Assembly (NCBI GenBank): GCA_964019425.1 | Contig: OZ025781.1 | Span: 434,001-498,000 of the forward strand | DNA: 64,000 nucleotides | From: Flectonema sp. DT1601 | Lineage: Eukaryota | Reading direction: 5' to 3' | Shown: piece after piece, positions 61,030 to 64,000 of the stretch | Position numbering within the stretch: the first letter of the stretch is position 1 | Layout of the letters: every line of letters starts with the position of its first letter | The notes under the pieces: generated by a model | The model's database searches: none | Told to the model about the DNA's origin: nothing | What the model saw: only the letters and a program-made list of their open reading frames with translations | Program-made: the position numbers and the translations under genes

Positions 61030-64000
61030 CATCGCGTATTCTTTTAAAGTTCACTGTATCTCTTAAACAGATGTTAGACTACAGTTCCATGTTTACAAAA
61101 TCAAACAGTTTTTTTTTTTAAATCTTTTTTTCTTTATATATATAAAAAAAAAGCTGTGTCGTTTTTTTTCTTTTCCAGCAGTCACTGTATTCTTAACTAA
61201 TATTAAGTACTTGTAGTTGCAACAGTATCTTAATGTTTCTTTTTTTTTTTTCCTTTTTTTTTAAATTTATTTATGATTCGTGGTTGTGGAGCCAATTAAA
61301 ATAATGGATCGAAATGTACTCTCTTTTTCTTTTTTAAAGCGTTATTGTGCATTCAAAAGAGTCCATAAAATTAGTTTTTTTTTTTGTTTTACCTAAAAAC
61401 TCATTTTTCCTGGGTAGAAATATAATTGTGTCAGCGTAACTAACCTATTCCTTTATTAGGATTTTTGTACCTGGTTCGTCCACAAACAAAATAAAAAATG
61501 TGAGTAAAAAAATAAAAAAGGGGAAGTTGTCCAATTCTTTTTTTTTTCTTTTTTCAGCAAAAGTAACTTCTCCTGTTGTTAAGTCTAACAAGAAAGCAAA
61601 AGATGCACCAAAGTGATACCTTGGTGAGTTCACTCTTATCGTCGCTTTAACTTATCCAAGGGAATGGGCATCGTATCAAGCGACAAACGGTCATCTGCTC
61701 GTGACCATTCGTGATGATAAACCTCATATTCCTTTTCAATGTCATAGTCGTAAATTTAAAAGATTCCCATAGTTTGTAGGGACGCTACGAATATTTATTG
61801 TGTGTTGGTCAAAATAAATCTGTTATGTTTCCCTTTTACTTCTCCGCTTTTTTTTCATTTCTGGGAGGGGGCTCAAGAAATAGTTTCGCATGGGTGTTGA
61901 CTTAACAAATCCCAGAGACTTTCCCCCCTTTTTATTTTTTTCATTTGGAATTTCGAAATTTATCAGATGCGCTGCTGCTCAGTCCTCTGGTGCTGTAGTG
62001 CATTCTGAGTAGTCTGCAAACGGTGTGCCTTTAAAAAAAAGAACACATTCTTAAGGAAAATGTCTGTTAGTTATGTCGGATGCGGCATCCGATTTTTGAA
62101 AACAGTTTGAACTCCCTTTCATCGAAATTTATTAATTTCTTTACGGAATAGCCCCGCGGGCAACCAGGGATACCAAACTTATTGTACGAACTGAAGACAG
62201 CGACTGCTAACTGTCACTTGGTCAGGCATCAGCTGCGGCAACTTGTCATTCAGCAATTTGGCACCCCGAAAGTCTTATTTTCTGTCTTCTGACTTGTCGA
62301 GGAAGTTGAGGGGAAAGCTGTAAATTCCCGAGTGAGGAATGAGGAATCCATGCCGAAGGCACAATTGAAAAATTGTCGCTGAAGGAAGCCGTTGTTGTTG
62401 TTGTTGTTGTTGATGTCTGTAGCATCAGGAATACTTTGAAGGTTTTCGGTTCCCCCTTCTTCTTATATTGTATGTCTCGCTTGTTATTGTTCTTGTTGTA
62501 CTCTTACTGCAGCCCCTCCCTCAAGGCTGCTCAATTGGACACAAGAATGAGAGGTTCATTAATACATATTGTGAGGTAAAAACAACAACAACAACAACAA
62601 CAAACACACACTACGATTGTATCATAAACGCAGGCATCACATCGCATAGCATAGTTGACATGTAGTGATGTTAAAAATAAAAAATCCCATTCACCATTTT
62701 TTTTTCATACATTTTTTTTCTCTCCCCTTTTCTTCCTAAGTCCTTATAAATCTGGCTGCTTGGAAGAGAGTGGGTTTTCCTTCGAAATATGTCACGACTC
62801 AGCCATTGTTGGAGAGAACATGAATTGAAAAACTGCTAAAATAATTTTGCTAACATTTGGCTGCAATGTTCTTGGTCAAAACTTTCACTTTTTTTTGATC
62901 GGTGGAACATGAAATTCTTTTCTTCCTTCAAATAAGGCGAATGTTGACTCTTGCAAGGAAGGAAGACTGCAGTTGAGACAAGAAAAAAAACGAAAAAAAA
63001 TAACAACACACACAACGACTGTGAGGACTACACATTCCTATCAGTTTCCTTGACCCCGACGCAATAAACCCTCGTCGTTTTGGTCCGTTTATGTACTTCT
63101 GAATATTTATTTATCTATTTTGTTTCCCCCCCCCCTTTTTTTTTTTTCTCTTTTCTTTTTCGAATTAGTTTCTTCTGCAGTGACAGATTTGCACATTTTG
63201 GGTCTTCTTTTAATGTGTGTTTGATCGGCACAGGGAAGGGTCCATAGATTGCATTATTTCAGATGGTAACTTTGTTGCCATCTGAAAAAAAAAAAAAAAA
63301 AAAGAAATACAGGAAACTATTTGATATGTAACTATTTTATTAGATTCTTCAGCCACTGTGCTGAGGATGATTTTTTTTTTTTTTTAAAAAACACTGGATG
63401 AGGGGAAGAAAAAAAAAAAAAAAAAAAGTACCCATTTTGGTAGGAATACTTCCTTCCTCGATGGGAACCAACGTCTATTTAGCAAGAAATGGAAGCAACT
63501 GTGAGAGCCATCATAAACATAACTTGCATGTTGGTAACTGTTACGTACTAAATACAAAAAAAAAAAAAAAAAAAAAAAAAAAGAGTGGGATGGAAAATAA
63601 AAAGTTAACCATCGACATGCTCACATTGAGGACAGTATTGAGTGAAGTTGAAAACTATTGCTTTATAAAGAATGAAAAAAAAGAAGGGGAAAAAAAAAAA
63701 ATAAGTTTACGTCTCTGTTTCGGTCACACCCGCTCCTGGCAATTGCGATCTCCCGACGCTCTCCTGCCTTTCCTAAATATGTAAGGAAAGACATAATGAT
63801 TGCTTTCTAGTCAGGTATTGTGTTGAGTTAATTGTTGTGTTGTATTCTCTTTACCAGGTTTGTTCTAAACTGCAAGCCGAATAACAGGTTGAAACAGATA
63901 GAAGTGATTAATAATCATCCCACTTCTACTAACAGGTGGCAACAAAATGAGTTCACAGGATGGTGAGCCGTGCAGTCGCTTATGGCGTTCGGAAGACATG

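Noticed and set aside
62295..62365. Faint resemblance to small-subunit rRNA sequence
   Set aside because: Too weak to support; no conserved motif matched exactly.
63257..63287. Hairpin TTTCAGATGGTAAC-TTT-GTTGCCATCTGAAA next to poly-A, like an intrinsic terminator
   Set aside because: Eukaryotic context and no associated gene; function unsupported.

Overview
Eukaryotic, very homopolymer-rich genomic DNA. Short GT-AG introns and eukaryotic LSU rRNA fragments point to a protist; the species cannot be fixed from sequence alone. The window has two zones. About 1-39 kb is a nested repeat complex built from one modular family. Each arm runs: fixed terminus GAATT(T)CGATA(G/A)AGTGG with a subterminal hairpin (module A), a ~110-bp triple-palindrome satellite (B), GGTATCTC iterons (C), module D, a ~190-bp satellite (E), and module F. 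These arms form two ~11-12 kb inverted-repeat (foldback-like) structures, plus several one-ended insertions. Other elements inserted into the complex: a defective piggyBac, three TA-TSD MITEs, a Merlin-like MITE, a TIR element carrying a tRNA-like head and scrambled 28S rRNA pieces, a 5'-truncated RNase H-bearing LINE, and a terminally redundant non-coding element (two copies). About 39-64 kb holds a decayed MULE transposase next to a decayed HNH (Crinkler-like) nuclease gene. Host genes follow: PIP5K, an LSD1-type zinc-finger protein, a 1070-aa PX-like multidomain protein and a WNK kinase. Interspersed among them are a MITE, a MULE with an exact 9-bp TSD and a second piggyBac copy. No CRISPR array or prokaryotic system is present. 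All family assignments come from motif recognition by eye, not database searches.
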